This document shows, one piece after another, positions 34,565 to 35,058 of a stretch of DNA of 35,058 nucleotides. The stretch is from a virus (lineage: Duplodnaviria; Caudoviricetes). The notes beneath the pieces are model-generated. The model had not been told where the DNA came from. It saw nothing but the letters and a program-made list of their open reading frames with translations, and did no database searches. Position 1 is the stretch's first letter. The number at the start of each line of letters is the position of its first letter. The DNA lies in IMG/VR virus record IMGVR_UViG_3300035562_000025, positions 1 to 35,058 of that record. One strand, given 5' to 3'. Made by a program: the position numbers and the translations under genes.

Positions 34565-34978
34565 GGACTGGCCGAAGAAGTGGCTGTGCACGTCGCCCCC
34601 AGCGTCATGCAGGCTGACCGAACCGTCAGTGCGCTGGGCCAGCCAGTTCAGTGGCACATGTTGACGGCAATAGGTCGGCATGCCGATGCTGCACTTGTCA
34701 CAGGTGCCACAAGAGGCCAGCGACAGCACCACATGATCGCCTGGCGCCACCTTACTGACCCCAGCCCCTACCCGCACCACCACCCCGGCACCTTCGTGAC
34801 CAAGGACCACCGGTGCCGGCATCGGGATAATACCTTTGTGCGCTGCGATATCGGTATGACACAGGCCGGTCGCCACCAGCTTTACCAGTACCTCATCGGC
34901 GCGGGGTTCGCCAAGTTGCAATTGCTTGAGGGAAAACCCCTCCATTGCCTTATCACTGACTGCTGCTGTAATTTCCAT
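34561..34978 (-). pseudogene. 5' part of host Zn-dependent aryl/benzyl alcohol dehydrogenase-like gene, interrupted by the prophage
   Basis: MEITAAV start after GGGAGAG. Catalytic Zn motifs GLCHTD and GHEGAG are present, plus the structural Zn cluster CGTCDKC...C. Ends at HSHFFGQSS, then reads into the phage end to a stop at 34484. Confidence 0.93.
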
Positions 34979-35058
34979 ATTCTCTCCCACTGAGCCGAAT
35001 GCCGTTGCTTCGATGTGGGGCAGTATAAGATGCGCTATTAGGCGCAAAAAGATGCCAT

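Noticed and set aside
34397-34993. 198-aa + strand ORF
   Set aside because: Antisense shadow of the dehydrogenase, crossing the phage end, with no recognisable motifs.

Overview
The window is almost entirely one apparently intact Mu-like (transposable) prophage with a contractile tail, spanning 127-34560 (34,434 bp), with nearly all genes on the minus strand. It is inserted into a host zinc-dependent (MDR-family, aryl/benzyl-type) alcohol dehydrogenase gene. The 5' part of that gene lies at 34561-34978 and its in-frame continuation at 1-126. Both ends read 5'-TGT, align in register with a shared TTCTGGA transposase-binding motif, and are flanked by AAGA, an apparent 4-bp target duplication rather than Mu's 5 bp. 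In phage order the genes are: XRE repressor and divergent ner, transposase A, ATPase B, early accessory genes, gemA, one Mor/C-type activator, holin/M15 endolysin/spanins, terminases with an intervening DNA methyltransferase, head, tail, baseplate, one tail fibre and its chaperone. There is no gin, invertible segment, com or mom. The most notable unannotated signal is at the position of Mu's mom: a GATC-containing, OxyR-like ATCG-N7-CGAT-N17-ATCG-N7-CCAT element upstream of an antisense 42-aa single-transmembrane peptide gene with its own terminator, a candidate Dam/OxyR epigenetic switch. Other notable features are a three-copy late-promoter motif implying leaderless mRNAs, a hairpin masking the gp46 start codon, a -1 frameshift in the tail chaperone and an internal scaffold start. 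All family assignments come from motif recognition and synteny, not database searches.
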